Of a DNA stretch of 64,000 nucleotides, positions 1 through 10,442 are shown in pieces. The notes under the pieces were generated by a model. It worked only from the letters and a program-made list of their open reading frames with translations. It had not been told where the DNA came from and did no database searches. Made by a program: the position numbers and the translations under genes. Positions within the stretch are counted from its first letter, which is position 1, and each line of letters starts with the position of its first letter. This DNA is from a virus (lineage: Duplodnaviria > Heunggongvirae > Uroviricota > Caudoviricetes): positions 22,382-86,381 of the IMG/VR virus record IMGVR_UViG_3300006204_000424; one strand, 5' to 3'.

Positions 1-1
1 T

Positions 2-280
2 GAAACATATTCTGAGTTACATTCTTCTGAAAATTTCCCCGAACTGGAATTCATATCACAGAGGTTAAATGCATATCGCAATAAGTATGAGGAATCTCAG
101 GAGGTATTTGCAGAGCATGTTGGCATTCATATTGCATCACTTAGCCTGATGGAGCGGAAACGCATGAACCCAAGATTGAGCACACTGCAAAAAATTGCTG
201 CATATATGGGTATTACCGTTTCAGAGCTGCTAACGCCTTTGCAGGAAACACAGAATTCAGATAAGGAAATGAATAGATAA
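2..280 (+). CDS. XRE-family helix-turn-helix transcriptional regulator, 3' fragment (5' end lies outside the window)
   Basis: Open frame from the window edge to TAA at 278-280. Translation ...QEVFAEHVGIHIASLSLMERKRMNPRLSTLQKIAAYMGITVSELL matches the XRE/Cro-C1 HTH pattern. Confidence 0.5.
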   Translation, partial: ETYSELHSSENFPELEFISQRLNAYRNKYEESQEVFAEHVGIHIASLSLMERKRMNPRLSTLQKIAAYMGITVSELLTPLQETQNSDKEMNR

Positions 281-824
281 ATAACCGATACCGATTGGCA
301 TGAGTCAATGAATGATAAAAGAGCAGTTACTTTCGTAGCCGCTCTTTTGTTATGATTATTTTGTATTATCGCATTATAAATATCAAGGCGTTAAACCTAA
401 AAATAACCTATAGTATCTTATAACTACCAAATCAGATGTAAAATTTATACCTTACATTTCAAACCTAATCAAATTTTACCAACTTATCATATTTTGCCGG
501 AAAACAGTATTATTTGATTTATCAATATTATTTTTATAAGGGTTTGCTGAGTTACAATTATCGAAAAGATAATTAATAGAAATTATTATGTTATTAGATT
601 ATTAGCATAAACATTTGTTCTAGTCGCTTATCTATTATTCCACATTTGTTATGTAAATGTGGGGAATAATTGAATGAATAAATTTTTAACAATTGACTTA
701 TGGGAACATATATGCTATTATTGTCAAACAAATATTTCTATATTTCAATCAATGGGACTATATGTTTCCATTGATGAATTTTGTCGTAAATGATAGAATT
801 AAGGAGGTTATGGAGGTTATGGGT

Positions 825-2339
825 ATGTTAAAATCAATTAGCTTGGAAAATTATAAGTGCTTTAAAGATAAAACAGATATTAACGTTGCTCCCCTCACAG
901 TCCTGTGTGGGGTTAATAGCAGTGGGAAAAGTTCTATTCTGAAGAGTTTATTGGTGCTCAAACAATCAGCAACAGGGAATAATAAAAACTTTTCAATCTC
1001 ATTATCTGGTGATTTGGTTGATAGCGGTAACTTTAATAATGTAATCTATGATGGAGAAGATAGCGCGAGTAAGACTTTCAAAATTATTAATGAATTTAAG
1101 ATAAGAAATCATAATCTTGCTTCAATTGGTAAATATATTAAGAAATCGGATGCTGAAGCATTTAATGAATTAAGACGAATTTATACTGCTGTCAGAGGCA
1201 CAATTAAAGAATTTATCCTTAGAGTTGAGATAACTATTGAACAAAATTCTATTAATCTGGATGAATTAACAAAATATATAAATGATAATAGAATATGTGA
1301 ATATGCTATATTTATTTCTGCCATTGATAGGGAGAATAAAATCATTGAAGAATGTGCAAGCCATATTATTATTCGCAACCACAATGACAATAAACATCAT
1401 TTCATTACATGGGAAAATATACCTGGATTTGTAACATCTAGGAATGAAAATAGTTTTAAAAATTATCAATGTGTTTGTTCATTTAATGGGCTAACTGTTT
1501 CAAATATTTTTGCATATAATATGCCTAATTGGGTAAAAGGTATTGTCCCCAATATTCTAGCTATTTCCAGAATTGTATCTAATCAATATACAAATCTGCT
1601 ATATATAGCTCCTTTGAGAAATACACCGGAAAGAACATATATTATGAACAAAGATGTTGACTCTGTTGGCATAGCAGGGCAAGATACTCCAATTTTACTT
1701 GCAAAGCTTAAAAACAAAAAAGTAGATACAGATATGTACTGCCCTTTTAACAATATACTTTATAAAGATCAATTTGATTATACATATGCAGAATATTTAA
1801 CAATTATCCAGCAATGGCTTGACTATTTTGAAATAGGGAAATTGGATATTTCTGGTGAAAATAGAGTGCTAAATTTAAGATTAGATAAACACAATATCGC
1901 AGATGTTGGTTTTGGTGTGAGTCAGTTGTTACCTATTATTTCTCAGGGCGTTTGTATGAACAAAGAGCAAACTTTGCTAATAGAACAGCCTGAAATCCAT
2001 TTGCATCCAAAAATGGAATTGCAAATGGCTGATTTTCTTATTCATATGGCAAAAACAGAAAGACAGGTGATAGTGGAAACTCATAGTGACCATATTATTA
2101 ACAGGATTATAAAAAGAGCAATGGAAAACCCTAGTTTAGTAGCAGATACAAACCCTTTAATTAAGATTATCTTTTTGGATAAAGAGAATATGACATCTAC
2201 TCAAAAAATAGATATTCATATTGATAAATATAGGGGAGTATTGAATGGTACTAAAAATTTCTTTACTCAGTTTGGATTTGAGCAGATGGAAATCGCAAAA
2301 CAAGGATATGAAAACCACAAGAGGGATCAACTAAAATGA
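825..2339 (+). CDS. AAA/ABC-type ATPase (AAA_15/AAA_21-like), candidate NTPase subunit of a two-gene defence-like system
   Basis: Walker A GVNSSGKSS near the N-terminus. C-terminal LLIEQPEIHLHP (Walker B/D-loop-like) followed by VETHSDH (H-loop). Start chosen at ATG 825 with GGAGG 7 nt upstream; the ORF-track start at 693 has no RBS. 4-bp ATGA overlap with the next gene. Confidence 0.7.
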   Translation: MLKSISLENYKCFKDKTDINVAPLTVLCGVNSSGKSSILKSLLVLKQSATGNNKNFSISLSGDLVDSGNFNNVIYDGEDSASKTFKIINEFKIRNHNLASIGKYIKKSDAEAFNELRRIYTAVRGTIKEFILRVEITIEQNSINLDELTKYINDNRICEYAIFISAIDRENKIIEECASHIIIRNHNDNKHHFITWENIPGFVTSRNENSFKNYQCVCSFNGLTVSNIFAYNMPNWVKGIVPNILAISRIVSNQYTNLLYIAPLRNTPERTYIMNKDVDSVGIAGQDTPILLAKLKNKKVDTDMYCPFNNILYKDQFDYTYAEYLTIIQQWLDYFEIGKLDISGENRVLNLRLDKHNIADVGFGVSQLLPIISQGVCMNKEQTLLIEQPEIHLHPKMELQMADFLIHMAKTERQVIVETHSDHIINRIIKRAMENPSLVADTNPLIKIIFLDKENMTSTQKIDIHIDKYRGVLNGTKNFFTQFGFEQMEIAKQGYENHKRDQLK

Positions 2340-3205
2340 GAGTAATATTTTCTCCAAGTTTATATTGTACAGATTGCGCTTTATATAATCTACATCTATT
2401 AGATGATACTTTGAATTTTATTGTGGAGTATCTTGATGCGCAGTTAGATATTTATGATGAGGCTTTTTATAGCGGAAACAATCTATTTCAACCACCAGTT
2501 ACATACTATAATGAATATGCACAATATTGCGGAATATTTACTAAATTATGTAAATTAATGCAGCAAGGCGATAATGTTGTATTAGAACATACTAATACAG
2601 CATTTACAATAGAAAATCGTAATTTTCAGATGATCAATAAATTTGAATTACAGAAAATTATAGATTATATACACTGGTTATTATCAAAAAATTTAATCAG
2701 CGAAGTTATAATGTTTTCAGATGTTATGCCAGAAGATTGCACTAACAATAGTATAGAAATTTCAGTCAACGGCAATCAGATATGTATTCCAATTGTTGCC
2801 GATCCCTGGCTTGATGAAACTGGAAATTTTGATAATTTCATAAAAGAAAATATTAAAGATTATAATAGTATTTTTCCATGTAATGAACTTTGTTGTAAAA
2901 TAGGTAACATAACAATGGAAATTGGCAACAAAGCACTTTACAATAAATATGCAACAATTGTTGCAAACAGGAATGGATATAACAAAATACCGTATTCGTC
3001 TCGCCAATATAAAAATGTACCATATTTTATGCGTAATGATGGAGAGTATATAATATGTGTTGATACATTGCACGGATTATTTGAGGTATTTCAAAAAACT
3101 GGTTCAACATATGAAAAATATTTAGGGGAGTATGATTTTTCATGCAAGAAAGTATCTGCTAAAACATCTTCTTCTGAAACACATAAATGTTATAATGATT
3201 ATTAA
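2336..3205 (+). CDS. Cys-rich partner protein translationally coupled to the ATPase, unknown function (candidate effector; RloB/DUF4276- or AriB/DUF4435-like is untested)
   Basis: 289-aa ORF overlapping the ATPase stop (ATGA). Contains CTDC and CNELCC motifs. No domain recognised by eye. Confidence 0.45.
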   Translation: MRVIFSPSLYCTDCALYNLHLLDDTLNFIVEYLDAQLDIYDEAFYSGNNLFQPPVTYYNEYAQYCGIFTKLCKLMQQGDNVVLEHTNTAFTIENRNFQMINKFELQKIIDYIHWLLSKNLISEVIMFSDVMPEDCTNNSIEISVNGNQICIPIVADPWLDETGNFDNFIKENIKDYNSIFPCNELCCKIGNITMEIGNKALYNKYATIVANRNGYNKIPYSSRQYKNVPYFMRNDGEYIICVDTLHGLFEVFQKTGSTYEKYLGEYDFSCKKVSAKTSSSETHKCYNDY

Positions 3206-3232
3206 AAAAAGACACCATCAGGTGTCTTTTTT
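3204..3232 (+). terminator. Rho-independent terminator after the ATPase pair
   Basis: aaaaaaa GACACC atca GGTGTC tttttt directly after the stop at 3205. The A-run upstream makes it bidirectional. Confidence 0.6.
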
Positions 3233-3343
3233 AATGCCGCTTTTTATATGCTATTACAGCAAAACAATAATCAAAAATCGAATTATATCATAAAATATCG
3301 AATATGTATAGATAGGAATATACCTTCTAAAATGCAAAATTAA

Positions 3344-3392
3344 GGCTACTGAATAAATCACACAAATTATTGATATGATTTATTCAGTAGCC
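3344..3392 (-). terminator. 17-bp-stem hairpin terminator downstream of the minus-strand zinc-ribbon gene
   Basis: GGCTACTGAATAAATCA - 15-nt loop - TGATTTATTCAGTAGCC is a perfect 17-bp inverted repeat. On the minus strand it is followed by a T-rich stretch. Confidence 0.5.
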
Positions 3393-3424
3393 TTACTCTT
3401 AAAAAATATAGAAAGCCATGATAA

Positions 3425-3781
3425 TCAAAAATCACTCTTACACTTATTACAATGGTACTGTTTCCCTACTTTCTTGCTGCCAAAACCAAATAATCCCGTA
3501 GACACTATCCTACTCACTGCTGAAATTTTTGATGTATCTGTTGATTGACAGTATGGACATTTAACAACAGGTATATAATACGGACTATTGGGGTCTAGTG
3601 TTGGATCATATGGTGGTGTATTCTTTACTTTTTCAGCCAATTCCGTATCACAATCAAAATTATCTATAAATGTCAAATCACAATTACACTTTGGACAAAT
3701 TGCGTTATATTCTTTTGAAGTTTCAAATAAATAATATTCTTTACACTGAGGACATTCATATTGATTTTTATTTATAATCAT
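3425..3781 (-). CDS. Zinc-ribbon protein with four CxxC pairs
   Basis: CPQC..CPKC..CPYC..CNKC in a 118-aa ORF. Transcribed divergently from the tape-measure gene. Confidence 0.5.
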   Translation of the reverse strand: MIINKNQYECPQCKEYYLFETSKEYNAICPKCNCDLTFIDNFDCDTELAEKVKNTPPYDPTLDPNSPYYIPVVKCPYCQSTDTSKISAVSRIVSTGLFGFGSKKVGKQYHCNKCKSDF

Positions 3782-3893
3782 AGATTTCCACTCCTGTTTT
3801 TATTTTTAATTATACTTCCTAACAATGTATAAATCAAGTACAACCCCAACAATGTACTAAAAGTGTATCCCAACAATACACACAGACTATAGT

Positions 3894-6800
3894 ATGATAT
3901 TCAGAACGATAACAGACGATATAACAGGAGCAAATAAATCTGTCGGATTATTTGGAAAAACTCTAAATGACCTTAAAGGAATATTCAATTCTTTTAAGCA
4001 GAACGGAATTGTAAGCACATTACTCAACACGCCTCTAATCAATATTGATATGCGTGCCATAAATAGATATAATGACGCAATTAGAGCTGGTAAAAATTTT
4101 GAAGAAGGATTAGCTACAGCACGAAGAACTACTAATGCTGCTACGCTCGCGCTGATTGAATCCTCTCATGGAGCTGAAGTCCAAATTGAAAGAATAACTG
4201 CTGCACAAAGGGCTTCAACCATTGCCGCCAAGGCTCATTCAGCCGCCCTCAAAGCCCTCTCCATTGCAGGGAACATTGCAATGATGATAGCAATCAGCAA
4301 AGCAATCCAGCTTGCCATATCCGCATACGACAATTATGTCCATAGGCTTGATAATGCAAAAGAAGCATTAAATTCTTCTGCCGAATCCTATGAAAAGAAT
4401 AAAAAGGAAATTGAAGAATTACAGAAGCAAGTAGATGAATGTGCAAAGTCTATTGCTAACCTTGAAAAGCTGGAAAAAGATGGAAGTATCTCTATCATTC
4501 AGCAGGACGAATTGGACACACTGCGCCAGACAAATGAAGAACTTCAAAGAGAACTTCTCATTAAGCAGGAACTGGCAAAGGTAGATGCTCGTAAAACTGC
4601 TGACGATGCTACCAAACTATTTAATACTGCTGTTAAAAGTGAGTATGCTGGAAATATATATTATAAATCCAGAATTTTAGGAGATGTATCCCAACAGCAA
4701 GAACTTGAGTTTTCTATTGAAGAATACCAACGCCTTGCAGAACAGCAGAAGCGAAACGACATTGCATACGCCAACGGAGAAATTTCATTAAAGAAATACA
4801 CCAAAACAAACGATAAACTGATACAGGGAATGGCAGATGCCAGGAACAGGGCAACCGAAATGGCAGATGTTATCAATCAAACTGGCACCGCCTTGCAAAC
4901 ACTTGAATCATCTGGTGAAACTTTAACTTCTGACCAACAAACCCTGTTGTCACAGACAAATGCCCTAGGTGATGAGTATTCCAACTTCATCCACCAGATC
5001 GATGCAGCAACAAACGCTTTTGAGCAATTAGATGAGAAACAAAAGAGAGTCCGAGTGAAAACAAGGATTATAGAATCTGGTATCAGTGAAAGTGATGCGC
5101 AATCTATTGTTGACAGTTTTAAGGAGAAAGATCTGGATGTAGTTGGTTCTGTAAAGTTTGACTTTGAAGCACCTGAAAAGTCAGATTTTGATTCCGCAGA
5201 GGAATGGGGAAAGGCTTACGCAGAGAAATTCTTAGAAAGTGCTGTTGAGACTATCGAGAAAGATGAAAGCCTGCAAAATGCAATTGGGCAAACAGCAGAA
5301 AAAATGATTACTTCACTTGAATCGCTTTCCGATGGTTTTGATAAGATTTCTTCCATTTATGAGGATGTACAGAACAAAGCTGATTTCGATTATGGAAGTC
5401 TGATTGATGAAGATTTTGTCAATATTTTCAAAGCATACACAGCGGAATATGAGAATTTTGTTGATGTAATAAGTAACTCCCCTACTGACATTAAGGCTTG
5501 CCAATCCGCATTTGATGATTTGGTAACAGCATGGTTTAATGGGCAGGAACCTTTGAAAAACATCACCGAAGAAACATACGCACTTACTGTAAAATGGTTA
5601 GAGCAAAATGGTGTTGCAAACGCAAACGAAGTTGCAACCTATGCGCTTGCCAAGAGCAAGGTTGAGGCTTTCATTGCAGGACGTGACCTGTCACAAGTTA
5701 CTGACGAAGAAATTGCAAAATTCCTTGAAGAAAATGCCGCGCTTGGTGTAACGCAAGAGATGCTTTGGAAGTTACAGCTTGAAATGATTAACGCCAGCAA
5801 TACAAAACTGGATTTCAGCCAACAGCTTGAAGCATTAAATGAACTTGCTGAACGGGCTGGCGTTGCTGCTATCAGCCTGAGTAATATCGGCGGAGTACAG
5901 ACTGGAAACGCTATTGCAAATAACCTGATTAATTCTATTGCAAACCCTATGGGGACTCAATTTCAGAAAACCGCAATTGCCCATCAACAGAAAGCAATTC
6001 AGGATAAAATCAATAGCGGTACACCAAAAGTTTCCTACACACCCCGTTCTTCTGGTTCTTCTGGCAGTGGTTCATCTGCAAAAGAAAAATACGCTGCCGA
6101 AATTGACAAGTATAAAGACCTTTCTGAAGCCGTAGAGGACGTACAGACGAAGATTGAACATCTCAACGATGTTTACGACCACACAGACGATATTAACGAG
6201 CAGATTGCACTCAAGGACAAGCTGATTGGTCTGTATCAGGATGAGAAAAACGCCCTCTCCGCTTTGAACAATGCCAGAGATAAAGAAATCGCAGAGAATG
6301 TCCAAAAACTTCGTGATGCAAATTTCCAGGTTGATTACGACCCGAAAACTGACAGACTGAAAATCCATAATCTTGAGCATTTGAACGAGCTTTCTCAGGA
6401 TACTATCAAAGATTATGAAGATTTAATCAAGAAAACTGAGGAACTTAACGATGCCAATAAGGACAGCGCAGAGCAATGGACTGACCTTACTTATAAAATC
6501 GTTGAGGCTGGCGATGCAATCAGGGATTTGGAAACCAAAAAATACGAACAGTATATCAAGGATACGGAGCACCTGATTACACTGATGAGCAACCGCAAGG
6601 ATACGCTTGGCGGGGACATTCCTTTCTACACTAATATGATGAACGCCGCTGTTGAGCGGATGATGAAGCTTGCAAAAGAGGGCTACGAGAAAAACAAGGA
6701 CGAAATCCAAGACCTGCAGCGTGACTGGATGGATTACTACGACAAGCGTCTGGAACGAGAAAAGGAAATCCTTGAAATGCAGCTTGACAAAAAAGACGGC

Positions 6801-9215
6801 GCACTTGACGCTGTTATCAATCTGATTGACGAGCAAATCAAACAGCTTGACGATGAGCTTGATTCCATGAAAAAGCTGAACGAGGAGCGGAAAGAAGCAC
6901 TTGAACTGCAAAAAGCACAGGCTGCTTTGGACAAGGCAAAGGATCAGAAGGTCAGAAAAGTCCTGCGTGACGGGAAAGGCTATGTTTACGAAGCCGATGA
7001 AGATGCAGTCAAAGAAGCAGAAGAAAATCTTGCAGACCTGAAATATGAAAGCAAAGTTTCCTCTATTGAGAAGGAAAAGGAAAAATTAGAGGAATACAAA
7101 AACCTCTGGGCTGAAATCCCCAATCTGTTTGAGAAATACCAGAACGAACTTCTTGCAGAACAGATTCTTGGCGCAGGCTGGGAGCAGAAAATTCTTGACG
7201 GACGCTTAGATGTTTACAACGATTTCAAAGATTCCTACTTTGATTTGCAGCAGGATATTTTTGACAAGACCGAGGAACTAAACAACCACATGAATCAGGA
7301 ATACCTTGACATGATGGAAATGTTCCAGAAAATGACTGAGATGGCTGAAACACCTGCGGCTGAAGAAAAGAAACAGGGCAAGGTATGGTATGTCCAGAAA
7401 AACGGACAGGCACCCTCTCAGGCACAGGTTGGAGATAAGATTGTAACCAAAGGCGGCATATACGAAATCGCAGAACCTAATTCCGAAGGGGCGCACTACA
7501 ACGCTGAATCGGGTTTCTGGAACAGGAAACTCAGCGATTATCAGGCAAATGTCGTTGATGGTATGTGGGGAACGGAAGTCAAAAATGCAAATGCTGAACT
7601 CTCCAATATTCTTGGGCTGAATACCCTTTCTAACAAAGATATTGTTGATGCTGCGGAAAATCAGGTCGATGAAATTCGGAACAGTATCATCGCTTCTGGC
7701 GCACTTTCCAAATACACTTCTGAAAACAGCGAGATTACGCAAGACCAGATCCGCACTATGTTTGAAAACATGGATACTCTGGATGGGAACAGCGTCAGCG
7801 TTGAAGGAAATTCCGTCAGGATTGGTGACAATACCTATGCGCTTGAGGATTTGACAAATGCGCTGAATAATTTTGAAATCAATGTAGATATTCCACAGAT
7901 TGCTCCTGATACCAGCGAACCATTTGACGACAGCCAAATGTCCGATACAGACCAGACATATATTAAACAGCTCCAAACTGCATGGAATACTGCCAAAGCA
8001 AATGGCGATACTGAGATGATGAATAAGCTTCATGCAATGGCTGAGGCAAAGCGTGATGAATACAGGAGCGGCAAAACTCCAGAAGAAGCCAAGGTTTATG
8101 AAAAGTCGCAATATGAGTTAAAGAACACGTCTAAAACTGGCGGGGCTTCCCATGGCGGTGAGAAATCAGCACTTCAGCGTGAATATGAATGGCAGTTATC
8201 TAAAGCGAAGGAGTTTGGCGCAAGCAAGGAATATATCAGCAAACTGGAAAGTGCTATTGCGCGTGAGGAATACGGTTCAGGACATACGGTTGACACTTAT
8301 ACTGACCAATACGGGAAAACCAGCACGATTATCAATGCAACAGATAAGTCAGAAGCGAATATGTCCACTGATGAACTTCAGAAAAAGTATAACAGCAACC
8401 TGAACAAGAACAGCGGCAGTATGGATAAGCTTGGCAAAGACCTTGGAAAAACAAGTGATGCCCTTTCTGACACAAGCGATTCCATGTATGATGCAAGCGA
8501 CAATATTGGCACTTCTGCAAAAGATGTTGTAGATTCTAATACAGGGTTGAAGGAAAGCCTTGATGGAGTAAAAACGGCTGTCGAGGGTATGAATTTTGGC
8601 AGCGGGAATTATAGCTCAGAAAGCACATATATTGGCGGGACTCGATTCGTAACTGACAAAAGTTCTGGTAAATTAGTTGCCGCAGGTGATAAAGAGGTTG
8701 GTATTTCTTCCAATGACAAAGTTGTGGGTACAAAAACATGGTCATCTGGCGGTAAGACGTATCAAACTACATCTTATCAGAAACCTGGCGGCAAAGTGGT
8801 TACATCCACAAAAGTAACCAGCAGTAACAAGAAGAAAGCCAAAGGTGGTCTAAACCTTCCCCCCGATATTTATAATGTAGATGAATTGGGTAAGGAAATG
8901 ATCATTGAGCCTGTGCCCCAAGCCATTCAGGGCAGGTATCACGAAATGACATATGGCGGCAACGTAATCCCTGCCGAGGTGAGTGGAAAGCTCTGGGAAT
9001 TTGGTTTGAACCCTGCGGAGTTCATAGAAAAGAACCTGACGAAACTTGTCCAGCCTAATATTTACCCTACTGTTTCCCCCGCATCTTCAAACGTGGAAAA
9101 CCATTACCATGTTGAAAGCCTTGCCCTGCCTAATGTGCAGGATGTTCCTAGTTTCCTGAAAAACCTCTCTATGCTCCCTAATCTAGCCAGCCAGTATGCG
9201 GCAAGGAGGATTTGA
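3894..9215 (+). CDS. Phage tail tape measure protein
   Basis: 1773 aa, very long coiled-coil-rich protein. Ala-rich hydrophobic segment near the N-terminus. C-terminal Gly/Ser/Thr-rich region. Typical size and composition for a siphovirus tape measure. Confidence 0.85.
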   Translation: MIFRTITDDITGANKSVGLFGKTLNDLKGIFNSFKQNGIVSTLLNTPLINIDMRAINRYNDAIRAGKNFEEGLATARRTTNAATLALIESSHGAEVQIERITAAQRASTIAAKAHSAALKALSIAGNIAMMIAISKAIQLAISAYDNYVHRLDNAKEALNSSAESYEKNKKEIEELQKQVDECAKSIANLEKLEKDGSISIIQQDELDTLRQTNEELQRELLIKQELAKVDARKTADDATKLFNTAVKSEYAGNIYYKSRILGDVSQQQELEFSIEEYQRLAEQQKRNDIAYANGEISLKKYTKTNDKLIQGMADARNRATEMADVINQTGTALQTLESSGETLTSDQQTLLSQTNALGDEYSNFIHQIDAATNAFEQLDEKQKRVRVKTRIIESGISESDAQSIVDSFKEKDLDVVGSVKFDFEAPEKSDFDSAEEWGKAYAEKFLESAVETIEKDESLQNAIGQTAEKMITSLESLSDGFDKISSIYEDVQNKADFDYGSLIDEDFVNIFKAYTAEYENFVDVISNSPTDIKACQSAFDDLVTAWFNGQEPLKNITEETYALTVKWLEQNGVANANEVATYALAKSKVEAFIAGRDLSQVTDEEIAKFLEENAALGVTQEMLWKLQLEMINASNTKLDFSQQLEALNELAERAGVAAISLSNIGGVQTGNAIANNLINSIANPMGTQFQKTAIAHQQKAIQDKINSGTPKVSYTPRSSGSSGSGSSAKEKYAAEIDKYKDLSEAVEDVQTKIEHLNDVYDHTDDINEQIALKDKLIGLYQDEKNALSALNNARDKEIAENVQKLRDANFQVDYDPKTDRLKIHNLEHLNELSQDTIKDYEDLIKKTEELNDANKDSAEQWTDLTYKIVEAGDAIRDLETKKYEQYIKDTEHLITLMSNRKDTLGGDIPFYTNMMNAAVERMMKLAKEGYEKNKDEIQDLQRDWMDYYDKRLEREKEILEMQLDKKDGALDAVINLIDEQIKQLDDELDSMKKLNEERKEALELQKAQAALDKAKDQKVRKVLRDGKGYVYEADEDAVKEAEENLADLKYESKVSSIEKEKEKLEEYKNLWAEIPNLFEKYQNELLAEQILGAGWEQKILDGRLDVYNDFKDSYFDLQQDIFDKTEELNNHMNQEYLDMMEMFQKMTEMAETPAAEEKKQGKVWYVQKNGQAPSQAQVGDKIVTKGGIYEIAEPNSEGAHYNAESGFWNRKLSDYQANVVDGMWGTEVKNANAELSNILGLNTLSNKDIVDAAENQVDEIRNSIIASGALSKYTSENSEITQDQIRTMFENMDTLDGNSVSVEGNSVRIGDNTYALEDLTNALNNFEINVDIPQIAPDTSEPFDDSQMSDTDQTYIKQLQTAWNTAKANGDTEMMNKLHAMAEAKRDEYRSGKTPEEAKVYEKSQYELKNTSKTGGASHGGEKSALQREYEWQLSKAKEFGASKEYISKLESAIAREEYGSGHTVDTYTDQYGKTSTIINATDKSEANMSTDELQKKYNSNLNKNSGSMDKLGKDLGKTSDALSDTSDSMYDASDNIGTSAKDVVDSNTGLKESLDGVKTAVEGMNFGSGNYSSESTYIGGTRFVTDKSSGKLVAAGDKEVGISSNDKVVGTKTWSSGGKTYQTTSYQKPGGKVVTSTKVTSSNKKKAKGGLNLPPDIYNVDELGKEMIIEPVPQAIQGRYHEMTYGGNVIPAEVSGKLWEFGLNPAEFIEKNLTKLVQPNIYPTVSPASSNVENHYHVESLALPNVQDVPSFLKNLSMLPNLASQYAARRI

Positions 9216-9327
9216 GTTTGAGGGACTGTCTTTGGACAGCCCCTCGAAAATAAAAATACTATATAAAAAATCTTCTATTTTACTATATCAATTTATGATA
9301 TAATATATATAATAGGAGGTGATATAT

Positions 9328-9498
9328 TTGGAAAAGAATAATAAAAATCAAAACTCTATCCATGAAGTAAACAATATCTTTTCCCAATATACAAAACATG
9401 GAGAACATCAAAGCGGCAAAAATCTTTTAGACAATTTGATAAAAATTCATCAAGAACCCAATTTGTCTGAAGATACAACAAACGAAAGTGAGTGAGTA
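9328..9498 (+). CDS. Small hypothetical protein (TTG start) coupled to the downstream membrane protein
   Basis: AGGAGGTG 7 nt before TTG at 9328. 56 codons. Its TGA overlaps the GTG start of the 9492 ORF. Confidence 0.3.
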
Positions 9499-10121
9499 AA
9501 ATAGATTTATATGAATTGATAAAACTGATACCAGAATTATTGAATTTATTTCTTTCTGGTTTTATTTGTATTACCATTTTTAATTGGCTTGCAAATAAAA
9601 AAATGGAATTTTCAACTATGACATTGTGGAGTGTATTTACAAGCATACTTATAAAAAGTTGCTGCTCCTTAATACATAGTTTTTGCTTAACATCTATTGT
9701 GTTTAGCGAATATAGTAAGATTATAATATATGTGCTCATTGGTTGCATTTTGCCATTTATCGCAATATTATTATGTAAAAATAGTTATCTGCAAAAAATT
9801 TTATACAAAATAAGTAGTAAATCAGTTTGCGCAAACATTTTTGACGATGTACTTGATTATAAAAAAAGAACGACCCTCCAGGTATACTTAAAGGATTCTA
9901 ATATAATGTATATAGGCACTTTTAAGTTTCTCGAAGAAAATGGATTAGACTCTTATATTGTTTTAATTGACTATGCCTCTTTCGATAAACAAACAAAAGC
10001 AGTAATTTTTGAACCAGACAAACATAATTTACATTCTGTTGCCGTTGTAAATCTTCGTGATATTGAAAGAATAGAAATAATTTATTCAGAAAATTCGGAA
10101 GTATGGAAAAGAATAACTTGA
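9492..10121 (+). CDS. Membrane protein (moron; N-terminal TM helices plus a soluble C-terminal domain)
   Basis: GTG start overlapping the upstream small ORF. Hydrophobic segments LNLFLSGFICITIF and IIIYVLIGCILPFIAILL. Confidence 0.45.
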   Translation: MSKIDLYELIKLIPELLNLFLSGFICITIFNWLANKKMEFSTMTLWSVFTSILIKSCCSLIHSFCLTSIVFSEYSKIIIYVLIGCILPFIAILLCKNSYLQKILYKISSKSVCANIFDDVLDYKKRTTLQVYLKDSNIMYIGTFKFLEENGLDSYIVLIDYASFDKQTKAVIFEPDKHNLHSVAVVNLRDIERIEIIYSENSEVWKRIT

Positions 10122-10145
10122 TAAAATTCACAGCAGAAATATAGG

Positions 10146-10175
10146 TTGAATATATCCTATGTATCTGGTATAATA
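10146..10175 (+). promoter_or_regulatory. Sigma-A-type promoter for the phd-doc operon
   Basis: TTGAAT - 17 nt - TATAAT (tatctggTATAATac) 25 nt upstream of the phd start. Confidence 0.55.
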
Positions 10176-10199
10176 CTATCAAAAAAAGGATGTGGATAT

Positions 10200-10442
10200 A
10201 TGCAGGTTAATATAAAAAGTTTAGTTTCGATGACAGAAGCAAATCAGAATTTTTCTAAAGTGGCACGGCTTGTAGATGAGAATGGTATTGCTGTTATTTT
10301 GAAAAATAATGCTCCCAGATATGTTATACTTGACTACAGCAAACTTCAAGAAGATGAAATTGCTGATAACCAGACAGTTGAAGATGTTTCAAAAATGATC
10401 TTAGAGAAACATCTTAAAGCATTTGAGGAGTTGGCAAAATGA
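10200..10442 (+). CDS. phd: Type II antitoxin, Phd/YefM family
   Basis: MQVNIKSLVSMTEANQNFSKVARLVDENGIAVILKNNAPRYVILDY fits the Phd/YefM N-terminal fold pattern. ATGA overlap with the downstream Doc gene. Confidence 0.75.
   Translation: MQVNIKSLVSMTEANQNFSKVARLVDENGIAVILKNNAPRYVILDYSKLQEDEIADNQTVEDVSKMILEKHLKAFEELAK

Noticed and set aside
693-824. N-terminal 44-codon extension of the ATPase ORF given in the ORF track
   Set aside because: No RBS before ATG 693. The downstream ATG 825 has GGAGG at ideal spacing and gives a canonical ATPase N-terminus (MLKSISLENYKCF).
4661-8745. Numerous 60-280-aa ORFs antisense to or out of frame within the tape-measure gene (for example 6423-6911 and 7278-8111 on the minus strand)
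   Set aside because: They are fully embedded in a long, clearly coding plus-strand gene, have no RBS, and are low-complexity. This is typical of spurious antisense ORFs in repetitive coiled-coil coding DNA.
9356-9748. 130-aa minus-strand ORF
   Set aside because: It overlaps two plus-strand ORFs that have strong RBSs and coupling. The plus-strand reading is preferred.
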